This document shows, piece after piece, positions 36,707 to 46,164 of a DNA stretch of 64,000 nucleotides. The stretch's first letter is position 1. Each line of letters starts with the position of its first letter. The DNA lies in NCBI GenBank assembly GCA_027621295.1, contig JAQCBR010000006.1:3385-67384 (forward strand). The letters are read 5' to 3'. The notes below the pieces were generated by a model. The model had not been told where the DNA came from and did not search any database. It saw nothing but the letters and a program-made list of their open reading frames with translations. Position numbers and translations under genes: made by a program. The stretch comes from Planctomycetota bacterium. GTDB taxonomy: Bacteria; Planctomycetota; UBA1135; UBA2386.

Positions 36707-37803
36707 ACTTCGAGAACCAGTACGGGGTGCTGGATCGCCTGCTCCACCGACTGGCGTTCTCGACCTTCCAGGCGCAGCTCGGGCTCGCGGACCTGGAGAG
36801 CGCGCTGTTCCGGAAGGAGCTCCGCAAGGTCGACGGGTCTCGACCGGTCCTGATCACCGGCCTCCCGCGCTCCGGGACGACTGCGCTGCTCGGAGCGTTC
36901 GCGAGCACGCAGACCTTCGCAGCCCACACCTACCGCGACATGCCGTTCGTGCTCTGCCCGATGCTGTGGGGCACGCTCGCGAAGCCGTTCCGCCGTCGCG
37001 ACAACCCGCGCGAGAGGGCGCACGCCGACGGCATCCAGATCTCGCTCGACAGTCCCGAGGCCTTCGAGGAGGTGCTGTGGAAGACGTTCTTCCCGGAGCG
37101 CTACCGCGGAGGAACGCTTCCGGTCTGGCAGGACGCGAAGCGGCGGGACTTCGCGAAGGCGTTCCGCGACCACTCGCGGCGGATCGTCGCGCTGCGCCGT
37201 CGCCGCGGTCGACACCCGAGGCGCTACGTCTCGAAGAACAACCTGAACCTCGCGCGCATCCCGGTGCTCTGGGACGCGCTGCCCGACGCGCGCGTGCTCG
37301 TGCCGTTCCGGGATCCGATCCAGCACGCAGCCTCGCTCCGCCACCAGCACGTGCGGTTCGCCGAGATGCACGCAGGTGATCCGTTCGCACGCCGCTACAT
37401 GGAGGCGATCGGCCACTACGACTTCGGAGCCAACCTCCGTCCGATCGACTTCGACGGCTGGATCGGCGCGACGCCGGACCTGCCGGGACCCGAGCACCTC
37501 GCGTACTGGGTCCGCTACTGGATCGCGACCTACCGGCACGTGCTCCACCACGAGGCGAGTCGCAAGCGGCTCGGGCTGATCCGCTTCGAGGCCCTCGGCG
37601 AGCGGCCCGACCTCACTCCGATCGCACAGCACGTGAAGTGCGAACCGAGTGATCTGAACAACCAGCGCCGCCAGTTCCGCGCGCCTCGCGCGCACGACGT
37701 GGACCCGTCCCACGTGCCGAGCGCGTGGCTCGACGAGGCCCGAGGGCTCTACGAGCAGCTGTCGGAGCGCTGCCTGCTGGCGCGCGGCGTCGAGACCCCG
37801 TGA
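36703..37803 (+). CDS. PAPS-dependent-type sulfotransferase family protein
   Basis: 5'-phosphosulfate-binding loop LITGLPRSGTTAL (PRSGTT at 36865-36882), later RYVSKNNLN. 366 aa. Confidence 0.75.
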   Translation: MNFENQYGVLDRLLHRLAFSTFQAQLGLADLESALFRKELRKVDGSRPVLITGLPRSGTTALLGAFASTQTFAAHTYRDMPFVLCPMLWGTLAKPFRRRDNPRERAHADGIQISLDSPEAFEEVLWKTFFPERYRGGTLPVWQDAKRRDFAKAFRDHSRRIVALRRRRGRHPRRYVSKNNLNLARIPVLWDALPDARVLVPFRDPIQHAASLRHQHVRFAEMHAGDPFARRYMEAIGHYDFGANLRPIDFDGWIGATPDLPGPEHLAYWVRYWIATYRHVLHHEASRKRLGLIRFEALGERPDLTPIAQHVKCEPSDLNNQRRQFRAPRAHDVDPSHVPSAWLDEARGLYEQLSERCLLARGVETP

Positions 37804-37809
37804 ACGAGA

Positions 37810-37839
37810 AAGACCCCGGAGCCGTGGCTACGGGGTCTT
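37810..37839. terminator. Hairpin (9-bp stem AAGACCCCG/CGGGGTCTT, 12-nt loop) directly after the sulfotransferase stop
   Basis: Read directly from the sequence. Starts 7 nt after the stop at 37803, in the convergent spacer with the XRE gene. Confidence 0.5.
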
Positions 37840-37898
37840 CGGCAGGTTCGGGGGCGCCGGCAGGGTCCGATTCGCTCGCGCCCGGTTGCTGCGGTGGA

Positions 37899-38489
37899 TC
37901 AGGCTTCGGCAGCGAGGTCACCGCCCCGCGAGATCCGGGGCAGGTCGCCCAGCAGATCGCTCGAGGCCGCCGAACGGCGCTTCTGGGTCCGCGGCTTCCG
38001 CTGCGACATCAGCTCGCGGCGGAGCAGGTCCCCGAGGTTCCGGTCGGTCTCCTGTTCGGCGCCACCGAGGCGCTCGCTGAGCGCGACCGCTTCGTCGCTG
38101 GTCCGGCACAGCATCCGCTGGGCCTGCTCGTTGGAGTTGTAGAACCGGGCGCCGCTCATCACCGGGCAGAGGAGCAGACCGTCCGAGGTCTTGATCGCAG
38201 CGCCCTCCGGCACCTCGACCCAGTCGCCGCGACCGATCGCCGCGGCACGCTCGCTCCAGCGATCGCGGGGCTGCGGCTCGATCGGCCGGTCATCGTCCAG
38301 CAGGTAGGTCGGAGTGACGTCGTAGTGACGACAGAGCGCGTCCAACATCTGCAGAGTCGGGAGGGAGCGACCCTGCTCGAGGTGCGACATCGTGGCAGGA
38401 CGGACGCCGAGGGTCTTGGCCGTGACGCCCTGGGGTTCGCGCTTGAAGCGCGTGCGCAGGTAGAAGAGCTTGAGGTGCAGTCGCCGCAT
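37899..38489 (-). CDS. XRE-family helix-turn-helix transcriptional regulator with uncharacterised C-terminal domain
   Basis: VTAKTLGVRPATMSHLEQGRSLPTLQMLDALCRHYDVTPTYLL. Inner ATG (MRRLHLKLFYLR) of track ORF 37899..38600. Confidence 0.75.
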   Translation of the reverse strand: MRRLHLKLFYLRTRFKREPQGVTAKTLGVRPATMSHLEQGRSLPTLQMLDALCRHYDVTPTYLLDDDRPIEPQPRDRWSERAAAIGRGDWVEVPEGAAIKTSDGLLLCPVMSGARFYNSNEQAQRMLCRTSDEAVALSERLGGAEQETDRNLGDLLRRELMSQRKPRTQKRRSAASSDLLGDLPRISRGGDLAAEA

Positions 38490-38781
38490 GAGAGTGAGGG
38501 CTGTTTGGGTCAGGAGGTGTAGAGCTTCGCTCGAGCGTACCTCGCTCCGGTGGACCGTCAAACCGCCCGGGCTCGGGCTGCCTCGAATCGAAACCAGCAC
38601 ACGATCCGCCGCTCGGCGTGCGCGGTTCGGCGCAGATCACGGTGCGCACGATGGCAACGGGGGCTGCTCGATCCGTAAATAACGGGCACCCTCCCAGCGA
38701 CCCGCCCGCCGGGGTCCAGGAACTCCCGGTGCCACCGCGCGGACGCCGCCACCGCATCCGATAGGCCTGCCTCGCCGCAAC

Positions 38782-39555
38782 TTGGAATCGATTCCGCATC
38801 CACAGATCGACGTCGTCGCTCCGGACGGCCGTCCCCAACTGCGGGAGCTGGCCGGCGAGCTCGGCCTGGATGTCGTCGCGTCAGCCTCGGATTCGTCGGC
38901 CGGACTCCTGCTGCTCGAACACGCGGGTCGACTCTCGCTGGTGAAGGCCGGCGGCGGCTCGCCGGTCGCGGTCGAGTTCGGCGGTGCGCGGCGCACGGGC
39001 CGGACCGGAGGGAGTGCTCGACCGATGCTGTGCCGCGCGGTCGGCCTGGACCGCGGCGTTCGCCGCGTCGTCGACGCGACCGCCGGCCTCGGTCGTGACG
39101 CGTTCACTCTCGCCGCCTGGGGCGCCGACGTCGTGCTCGTCGAGCGGAGCCCGATCCTCCACGCGCTGCTCGCGGACGGGCTCCGCAGGGCCGAAGGCTC
39201 ACCGGCCGCCGCCCGGATGACGCTCGTCCGGGGAGATGCCCGGCAGTTCCTCGTCGAAGCCGAGCCGCCGGACGCGGTGTTCCTCGATCCGATGTTCGAG
39301 GACCGCGGCAAGGCGGCGTTACCCGGCTGGGAGCTCCAGGTCCTGCGCGCCCTCCTCGGCCCCGGGGAGGACGCGGTCGGCGACCTGATCGAGACGGCGC
39401 GTCGCGTCGCCACCCGCAGGGTGGTCGTCAAGCGACCCGCGCACGGCCGGATCGCCGGACACAAGCCCGACGCCAGCTACGTCGGCGGTCGTGTCCGCTA
39501 CGAGGTCTTCACGCCGCGCTCGGACTGCGGGCCGCGGAACCCCACCGACACGTAG
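38782..39555 (+). CDS. rsmJ: 16S rRNA (guanine1516-N2)-methyltransferase
   Basis: VVDATAGLGRDAFTLAAWGADVVLVERSP, VFLDPMF, RVVVKRP align with E. coli RsmJ. TTG start. Confidence 0.8.
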   Translation: MESIPHPQIDVVAPDGRPQLRELAGELGLDVVASASDSSAGLLLLEHAGRLSLVKAGGGSPVAVEFGGARRTGRTGGSARPMLCRAVGLDRGVRRVVDATAGLGRDAFTLAAWGADVVLVERSPILHALLADGLRRAEGSPAAARMTLVRGDARQFLVEAEPPDAVFLDPMFEDRGKAALPGWELQVLRALLGPGEDAVGDLIETARRVATRRVVVKRPAHGRIAGHKPDASYVGGRVRYEVFTPRSDCGPRNPTDT

Positions 39556-40310
39556 TCACCGTCCTCGACGCGCAGGTCGGGAAGCCACGCGAGCCGAGAG
39601 ATGACCCCATCGACCTCGTGCGGCTTCATGCCGGACAGCACGAGCGCGAAGGTCCCGTTCCAGCAGCCGACGATCGCTTGCAGCGCCTCGCCGAGCTGGC
39701 GCGCGTCGAGGTTCGCGATCACGAGGTCGAACGTCCTCGGCGCGAACATCGCGGGGCCGCCGGCCAGGATCTCGGCCTCGGGCAGGAGCTCGCGCGCCGC
39801 GGAGACCGACTCGATCTCGACGTCGCAGCCCGCGACCTGCCACACCCCTCGCCGAGCCGCGTAGAGCGCGAGGATCCCGGAGCCCGTTCCCACGTCCAGG
39901 ACCGAGGCACAGCCGGACACATCACGACCCTGGCCGAGCAGTTCGCGCAGCACGAGCAGCGCGGCGCGTGTGCTGCCGTGCTCGCCGCTCCCGAACGCCA
40001 TGCCCCGGGGCACCACCAGCTCGTCGCCGACGAAGTCGGGCGGACCGTCGACCCAGGGCGGACGCACGACCAGGTCCTCGGCGACCTCCGTGTAGGTGTC
40101 GGCTTCGAGCCCGGTCCACGTCCGACCCTCGTCGGGCACTTCCTCGATCGTGACGTCGAGGTCCGCGAGGTCGGGCAACTGGTCCCGGGGCACCCAGATG
40201 TCGATCGAGTCCGTCTGCTCCCAGACCCCGCCGAGGTCGGTCGCGGCGACGAGGATCCGGTCGAGGGCGATGGCCCGGTCCGGACCCCGCAGCGAGTGGC
40301 GCGCGCTCAA
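39498..40310 (-). CDS. prmA: Ribosomal protein L11 methyltransferase-like
   Basis: MAFGSGEHGSTRAAL, VLDVGTGSGILALYAARRG. TTG start at 40310 overlaps the coaC stop (TTGA). The track start at 40526 would overlap coaC by about 220 nt. Confidence 0.75.
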   Translation of the reverse strand: MSARHSLRGPDRAIALDRILVAATDLGGVWEQTDSIDIWVPRDQLPDLADLDVTIEEVPDEGRTWTGLEADTYTEVAEDLVVRPPWVDGPPDFVGDELVVPRGMAFGSGEHGSTRAALLVLRELLGQGRDVSGCASVLDVGTGSGILALYAARRGVWQVAGCDVEIESVSAARELLPEAEILAGGPAMFAPRTFDLVIANLDARQLGEALQAIVGCWNGTFALVLSGMKPHEVDGVISRLAWLPDLRVEDGDYVSVGFRGPQSERGVKTS

Positions 40311-40873
40311 GCGGATCCCGCCGGACCGAGCACGGCCTCGAGGATCTCCTCGGGCTCGACCATCCGCCCGACCGCCGCGTAGCCCTCGGCGAGCCAGCCT
40401 TCCGCCGGGCCCAAGACCTCGTAGCCGAAGGTGCGCAGGGTCTCGACGTTGCGCTGCACCGCCGGATCGGCCCACATCGCGTCGTTCATCGCCGGGCACA
40501 CGATGCGGCGGGCGCGGCACGCGCACGCGGCCAGCGCGACGGCGTCGTCGCAGAGGCCCGCCGCCAGGCGGGCGATCAGGTCCGCGGTCGCCGGCGCGAT
40601 CACGAAGACGTCGACGTCTCGCGTCGCCGCGATGTGCGGGGCGCTCCCGTCGGCATCGATCTGCGTCGACGAGGAGATCACCGGGCGACCGGTCAGACCC
40701 TCGAAGGTCCGCCGCCCGACGAACGCCTCCGCGTCACGGCTCATCGCCACGCGGACCGAGGCGCCCCGCTGGACGAGTCGACTGACCAGCGCAGCGGCCT
40801 TGAACGCGGCGATGCCGGCGCCGACGCCGACCAGCACACGCGGGGTGCGGGAGCTCGCCGTGTCTGCAGCCAT
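40307..40873 (-). CDS. coaC: Phosphopantothenoylcysteine decarboxylase-type flavoprotein (stand-alone, no CoaB half)
   Basis: VLVGVGAGIAAFKAAALVSRL, VFVIAPATADLIARLAAGLCDD, VCPAMNDAMW. 188 aa. Confidence 0.8.
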   Translation of the reverse strand: MAADTASSRTPRVLVGVGAGIAAFKAAALVSRLVQRGASVRVAMSRDAEAFVGRRTFEGLTGRPVISSSTQIDADGSAPHIAATRDVDVFVIAPATADLIARLAAGLCDDAVALAACACRARRIVCPAMNDAMWADPAVQRNVETLRTFGYEVLGPAEGWLAEGYAAVGRMVEPEEILEAVLGPAGSA

Positions 40874-40876
40874 CGC

Positions 40877-41446
40877 TCAGGCCTCCGTCGGCACGAGGCC
40901 GCACAGTTCGCGGACGCGCGCGATCGTCGCGTCGAGTTCGACGTTCTCGACCACGTGGTCGTACAGGTCGCTGGCGCCGAGCTCCTCGCGGGCGATGGCG
41001 AGGCGCGCCTCGATCTCCTCGGGCGCGTTCTGGCCGCGCTTGACGAGCCGCTCGTGCAGGATCTCCATGCTCGGCGGGACGACGAACACGTAGGTGCCGG
41101 GCACGTTGCCGAAGCGGAGCTGGCGGGTGCCCTGGACCTCGATCTCCAGCACGAAGACCCGTCCGTCGGCGAGGGCTTCGTCCATCGGGCCGCGCAGCGT
41201 GCCGTAGCGGTTGCCGTTGTAGGTCGCCGACTCGAGGAACTCCCCGCGAGCCTCGGCCGCGTCGAACTCGTCGGGAGTCAGGAACCGGTAGTCGATCCCG
41301 TCCACCTCGCCATCGCGGCGCGGTCGGGTCGTCGCCGACACCGAGAACGTGACCCGCGGGTCCGTCTTCAGCGCCTTGCACACCGATGTCTTCCCGGCGC
41401 CCGAGGGCCCCGAGATCACCACCAATCGTCCGGCCTCAGCACCCAT
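40877..41446 (-). CDS. gmk: Guanylate kinase
   Basis: VVISGPSGAGKTS, SATTRPRRDGEVDGIDYRF, YGT. Confidence 0.93.
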   Translation of the reverse strand: MGAEAGRLVVISGPSGAGKTSVCKALKTDPRVTFSVSATTRPRRDGEVDGIDYRFLTPDEFDAAEARGEFLESATYNGNRYGTLRGPMDEALADGRVFVLEIEVQGTRQLRFGNVPGTYVFVVPPSMEILHERLVKRGQNAPEEIEARLAIAREELGASDLYDHVVENVELDATIARVRELCGLVPTEA

Positions 41447-41452
41447 GTCGTG

Positions 41453-42334
41453 TCACTCCAGGTTTGCAGCCTGCTCCTTCAGGCGGTCGATCGCGGACTT
41501 CATCGCCACGACGGTGTGGGCAATCTGAACGTCGGGGGACTTGCTGCCAAGCGTGTTGGTCTCGCGGAGCATCTCCTGCACGAGGAACTCGAACGTGCGG
41601 CCGACCTCGCCCCCGGCGTCGAGCAGCTCGCGGGCACGTGCGATGTGCGCTCCCAGCCGCTGGACCTCCTCGGCGATGTCCGTCCGCTCGGCGTAGACCG
41701 CGAGTTCCCGCACCACGTCGCCGGGCTCGATCGACAGGCCACGGCCGGCCAGGAACTCGTTGACGCGCTCGAGCAGGCGCTCGCGCTGCGCGGCGACGAG
41801 CTCGGGAGCCCTCGCCTCGACCGTCGCCAGCCCTCGTTCGAGATCCGCGAGCTGGTCGCGACAGGTCGCGAGCGTGGCGGCACCTTCCTCGGCGCGCGCG
41901 GCCGTCAGCGCGTCGAGCGCCGCATCGAGCGCCTCGGCGAGACCGGGCGGCGGCTCGTCGCCGAGCTCGGTGTTCGAAGTCGACGAGACGACGCCGGGAA
42001 CGCGGAGCACGTCCGCCACCGAAGGCGGGGCGACCCCTGCCGTCGTCGCCAGACGCCGGAGGTGCTTGGCGACCGCGATGAAACGGGCCTCGTCGACCAG
42101 CTCGGCTGCGTTCGACGGCGCGCGCTGCAGCGTGACCTGGACCAGCACGCTGCCGCGGCGCAGCCGCGCCCGCACCCTCTCGTCGATCAGCCTCTCGGCG
42201 CCGGCGACCTCGTGCGGGGTCCTCGACTTGACGGTCAGGCCCTTGCCGTTGACCGAGCGGACCTCGACGACGAACTGGTCACACCCGTCGGCCGGGACAC
42301 TCCGCCCCAGCCCCGATCCGGTCATGCTGCTCAC
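41453..42334 (-). CDS. yicC: YicC-family stress-induced protein
   Basis: (M)SSMTGSG...VEVRSVNGKGL at the N-terminus (compare E. coli MIRSMT...MRSVNQRYL) and EMLRETNTLGSKS near the C-terminus. Start ambiguous: GTG 42364, GTG 42334 or ATG 42325. Confidence 0.85.
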   Translation of the reverse strand: MSSMTGSGLGRSVPADGCDQFVVEVRSVNGKGLTVKSRTPHEVAGAERLIDERVRARLRRGSVLVQVTLQRAPSNAAELVDEARFIAVAKHLRRLATTAGVAPPSVADVLRVPGVVSSTSNTELGDEPPPGLAEALDAALDALTAARAEEGAATLATCRDQLADLERGLATVEARAPELVAAQRERLLERVNEFLAGRGLSIEPGDVVRELAVYAERTDIAEEVQRLGAHIARARELLDAGGEVGRTFEFLVQEMLRETNTLGSKSPDVQIAHTVVAMKSAIDRLKEQAANLE

Positions 42335-42430
42335 CGGACGGCCCCCTGCCGCCGGACGGCTCACACCCGCCCCCCGCGGGGATCGAGCACAGCCTGGCGT
42401 CGCGCGTGGATCAGGGACCCCACGTCGCGA

Positions 42431-42661
42431 TCAGAGATCCCAGGTCGCGTGGAGCAGGATCGCGGCGACGACGTAGGCCGCCGCCACCGAGAACGTGAAG
42501 CGGTTGATGCCGCCGCTCTTCACGCCGAACGTCTCGGCGCCGACGCCGCCGAACGCCTCGGCGAGGCCGCCACCCTTGCCTTCCTGGAGCAGGATGATGA
42601 CCGCCAGGAGGACCGAGGCGCCGAAGAACAGGGCCCAGAGGGCCAGCTTGAGGACGAACAT
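42431..42661 (-). CDS. secG: Preprotein translocase subunit SecG
   Basis: VIILLQEGKGGGLAEAFGG, two TM helices, 76 aa. Confidence 0.85.
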   Translation of the reverse strand: MFVLKLALWALFFGASVLLAVIILLQEGKGGGLAEAFGGVGAETFGVKSGGINRFTFSVAAAYVVAAILLHATWDL

Positions 42662-42766
42662 GGGGATGTGGTGGGGAAGGGGGTGTGCGACCGGTGCGGT
42701 CGGGGGGGATGTTTGCCGTGGGCCCCTACCGCGCGGCGTCGGCCGAGCGGAGTGGAGGCTCGTGGA

Positions 42767-43531
42767 TCAGCGATCGAACTCGATCAGCGGGAGGAACGTG
42801 TCGGGCTTGAGGCTCGCGCCGCCGACGAGGACGCCGTCGACGTCAGGGACGCTCATCAGCGCCTTCACGTTGCCGGGGTTGACGCTGCCGCCGTAGAGCA
42901 CGCGGATCGCCTCGCCGGCTTCGGCTCCGAGTCGGCTGGCGACCCAGCGACGGATGAACTTGTGGACCTCGCCCACTTGGAGCGGGGTCGCGGTCTCGCC
43001 GGTGCCGATCGCCCAGACCGGCTCGTAGGCGATCGTCACGCGACGGATCTCTTCGGCCTGGATGTCGGAGAAGCCGGCCTCGAGCTGACGCTTGAGCACG
43101 CGCTCGGTGCGGTTGCCCTTGCGCTCCTCGAGCTTCTCGCCGACGCAGAGGATCGGCAGCAGCGAGCCGTCCAGGGCCGCGCGCATCTTGCGGGCCATCC
43201 AATCGTCCGGCTCCAGCAGCACGTGGCGGCGCTCGCTGTGGCCGATGAGCACGCGGTCGGCACCGACCTCGCGGAGCATCGCCGACGACAGTTCTCCGGT
43301 GTACGCACCGTCGCGCTCGAACCAGAGGTTCTGCGCGCCGACGCCGAGGGGCGAGCCCTGCGCGACCGCCGACACGTCCGCGAGGTAGACCGACGGACAG
43401 AACACCGCGACCTCACGGTCGTTCCCGTCGCCGAGCCGCCCCTTGATCGTCTTGATCAGGTCGAGCGCCTTGGCGCGGTCGAGGTTCATCTTCCAGTTGC
43501 CCGCGATGTAGGGCTTGCGTCCCTCGTTCAT
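42767..43531 (-). CDS. tpiA: Triose-phosphate isomerase
   Basis: IAGNWKMN, IGHSERR, AYEPVWAIGTG, YGGSV. Confidence 0.95.
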   Translation of the reverse strand: MNEGRKPYIAGNWKMNLDRAKALDLIKTIKGRLGDGNDREVAVFCPSVYLADVSAVAQGSPLGVGAQNLWFERDGAYTGELSSAMLREVGADRVLIGHSERRHVLLEPDDWMARKMRAALDGSLLPILCVGEKLEERKGNRTERVLKRQLEAGFSDIQAEEIRRVTIAYEPVWAIGTGETATPLQVGEVHKFIRRWVASRLGAEAGEAIRVLYGGSVNPGNVKALMSVPDVDGVLVGGASLKPDTFLPLIEFDR

Positions 43532-43606
43532 GATCTGGTCTCGGTGGCGGCGGTTGCGATCACGGGTGCGCGTGGGTCACAGGTCGGCTGGCGGTCGGAT
43601 CGCTGC

Positions 43607-44482
43607 TCATATGGCCCGCGCATCTTCGGTGCACGGGGCCTCGGAAGCAGTCCCGAGCCGGGAAAGAGAGGCGGAGATTTCGCGCCCGACGATCGGGGCG
43701 AGCGCCTGGAGCTCCTTCATCAGGCGGGCGAAGTCCATCGGCCGGAGCGCCTGGGGACCGTCGCTGAGCGCCTGTTCGGGGCGGGGGTGGACCTCGAGGA
43801 TCACGCCATCGGCGCCGGCGGCGAGAGCCGCGCGCGCCATCGGCGCGACGAGACTGCGGCGACCGGTCCCGTGCGACGGATCGACGACGATCGGCAGGTC
43901 GGTCCGCTCACGCAGCGCCGGGACGGCCGCGAGGTCGAGCAGGTAGCGGGTCGAGGGGTCGAACGAGCGGACCCCGCGCTCGCAGAGCACGACGTCCGGG
44001 TTGCCCTCGCCGAGGATGTAGTCCGCGGCCGCCAGCAGCTCGTCGAGGGTGGCCGCCGGACCGCGCTTGAGGAGCACCGGGTGCCGGGTCTGCCCGACTT
44101 CGCGCAGCAGCGGGAAGTTCTGCATGTTCCTGGCGCCGATCTGGAGCATCGCGGCATGCCCGCAGACGACCTCGACGTCCCGCGGATCGAGCACCTCGGT
44201 GACGACCGGGAGTCCGACTTCGCGGCTGGCCTCGGCGAGCAGGGACAGGCCTTCCCGGCCGAGACCCTGGAACGAATGCGGCGAGGTCCGCGGCTTGAAC
44301 GCCCCCCCGCGGAGCACCGAAGCCCCGGCGGCTGCGACCGCACGGGCGGTCAGAGCCAGCTGTTCGCGCGACTCGACCGCACAGGGACCGGCGATGACCG
44401 TGAACGTCCCGGGCCCGACCCCCGAGTGGTTCGTGAGCGGAACGGTCCGGGGCACACGGACTTCTGACGGTCGGTCGGACAA
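43607..44482 (-). CDS. aroF: 3-deoxy-7-phosphoheptulonate (DAHP) synthase, class I-beta, no regulatory domain
   Basis: [64 protein letters not shown] start at 44482 (alternative GTG 44455). Confidence 0.9.
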   Translation of the reverse strand: MSDRPSEVRVPRTVPLTNHSGVGPGTFTVIAGPCAVESREQLALTARAVAAAGASVLRGGAFKPRTSPHSFQGLGREGLSLLAEASREVGLPVVTEVLDPRDVEVVCGHAAMLQIGARNMQNFPLLREVGQTRHPVLLKRGPAATLDELLAAADYILGEGNPDVVLCERGVRSFDPSTRYLLDLAAVPALRERTDLPIVVDPSHGTGRRSLVAPMARAALAAGADGVILEVHPRPEQALSDGPQALRPMDFARLMKELQALAPIVGREISASLSRLGTASEAPCTEDARAI

Positions 44483-44685
44483 TGGATCGATCGGGTTCGA
44501 GGGTGTTTCGGCCCTACGAAGGGCCGCGCAGAATAGGACTCGGCCCCAGGAGGGTCAATCGACCGCGGGTCGGTGAGAAGCTCGCTGCGCAGCCTCCTGT
44601 GGGCTTCGATCGCCTGCTGGGCGCGGGCCGCGAGCCCGCCTCCCTCTCCCAGAGCCGCTCCGAGCCACCCCGCCCCATCCTCCCC

Positions 44686-46164
44686 GTGACCCTGGACCCC
44701 CATCCGGACGAGATGCGCCGCCTCGCCCACCGCGCGGCAGACCTCGTCGTCGACCACATCCTCGGGATCCGGGATCGCCGGGTCGTCACGCCCCCGGACG
44801 CCGCGGTCCTGGGCCCGCTGCTCGCCGAGGAGCTCCCCCGCCGCGGGAGAGGTCTGGACGCGACGCTGGAGAGGTTCTTCGACGAGGTCCTGCCGCTCGC
44901 GACCCTGGTCAACCACCCGCGATTCTTCGCGTTCGTGCCGGGACCGGGGAGCTTCGCCGGGGCGATCGGGGCGTTCGCCAGCGCCGCGACGAACCTGTTC
45001 GTCGGCACCTGGCTCGGCGGGGCGTCGGCCGCGCAGATGGAGGTCCAGGTCCTCGACTGGCTCCGGGAGGCGCTCGGGCTGCCCGAGGGCTTCGGGGTCG
45101 GCATCCTGACCTCGGGCGGGTCGATGGCGAACCTGGGGGCGCTCGCGGCGGCCAAGGCCCGCGCCGAGGTCGAGGGAGCTGGAGCGGGGTTCCGGATCTT
45201 CGTCGGGGACGAGGCCCACTACTCGCTCCGGAAGGCGGCCCGCGTCCTCGGCATCCCGGACGCGGCGATCGTCCGGGTCCCGAGCGACGGCGAGCAGCGG
45301 ATCGACGCCGCGGCTCTCGAGCGGCTGGTCGGCGACGCTGCGGCGGCGGGACACCAGCGCGGCGTGGTGTGCGCGACCGCAGGCACGACGACGACCGGCG
45401 CGGTCGACCCGCTGGAGCACATCGCCGATCTCTGCACGGCGCACGGCCTGTGGCTCCACGTCGACGGGGCCTACGGCGCGGCGACCGCCTTGCTGCCGGA
45501 GCGCGCGGCACTGCGCGCGGCGCTCGCGCGCGCCGACTCGCTGACGCTCGACCCGCACAAGTGGCTCTACGCGCCGTTCGAGGCCGGCTGCCTGCTGACG
45601 CCACACGAACACTGGCTGCGGCAGGCGTTCACCGGCGACGGCAGCTACATGCAGGACATCCCGCGCGACGCGGTGAACTTCTTCGAGCGCGGACCGGAGC
45701 TGACGCGCGGCGGCCGCGCAGTCCCGCTGTGGTTCCTGCTCCGCGCGGTCGGCGTCGACGCGATCGCCGACGCGATCCGCGCCGACGAGGCACGCGCGCG
45801 GAGGGCCGAGCAGCTGCTCGCAGCCGATCCGCGCATCCGGATCGTCACGCCGACCCGGCTGTCGGTGTTCACGTTCACCCGCGCGGACGGCGACGAGGCC
45901 GCGACGAAGGCCTGGCTCGACCGGCTGCTCGCGCAGGGCTCGACGATGCTGTCGAGCTCGCGCGTGGGCGCGACCTACGTCCTGCGGTTCTGCGTCGTCA
46001 ACCACGCGACGACGGACGCGGACATCGACCGGGCCCTGGAGGATGTCCTCGCCGCCTGCGACCCGCGACCCCTTGCGCGCCCGGACGGCGCTGGCTACGG
46101 TCCGTGGCTCAACCCCTCGGGTACGGAAGTGAGGTGCAACTCCTCCACGGGCCCGCCGCTGTGA
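44686..46164 (+). CDS. Group II PLP-dependent (aromatic-L-amino-acid type) decarboxylase
   Basis: NHPRFFAFVPG, LTSGGSMANL, HVDGAYGA, PLP-lysine block SLTLDPHKWLYAP. GTG start at 44686 (alternative ATG 44713). The track start at 44482 is unlikely. Confidence 0.85.
   Translation: MTLDPHPDEMRRLAHRAADLVVDHILGIRDRRVVTPPDAAVLGPLLAEELPRRGRGLDATLERFFDEVLPLATLVNHPRFFAFVPGPGSFAGAIGAFASAATNLFVGTWLGGASAAQMEVQVLDWLREALGLPEGFGVGILTSGGSMANLGALAAAKARAEVEGAGAGFRIFVGDEAHYSLRKAARVLGIPDAAIVRVPSDGEQRIDAAALERLVGDAAAAGHQRGVVCATAGTTTTGAVDPLEHIADLCTAHGLWLHVDGAYGAATALLPERAALRAALARADSLTLDPHKWLYAPFEAGCLLTPHEHWLRQAFTGDGSYMQDIPRDAVNFFERGPELTRGGRAVPLWFLLRAVGVDAIADAIRADEARARRAEQLLAADPRIRIVTPTRLSVFTFTRADGDEAATKAWLDRLLAQGSTMLSSSRVGATYVLRFCVVNHATTDADIDRALEDVLAACDPRPLARPDGAGYGPWLNPSGTEVRCNSSTGPPL

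Noticed and set aside
40634-44467. 1277-aa ORF on the plus strand, the longest in the track
   Set aside because: It runs antisense through six well-recognised minus-strand genes (coaC, gmk, yicC, secG, tpiA, DAHP synthase) and their spacers. Its translation is Arg/Gly/Asp/His-rich low complexity with no motifs. This is a typical stop-poor shadow frame of high-GC DNA.
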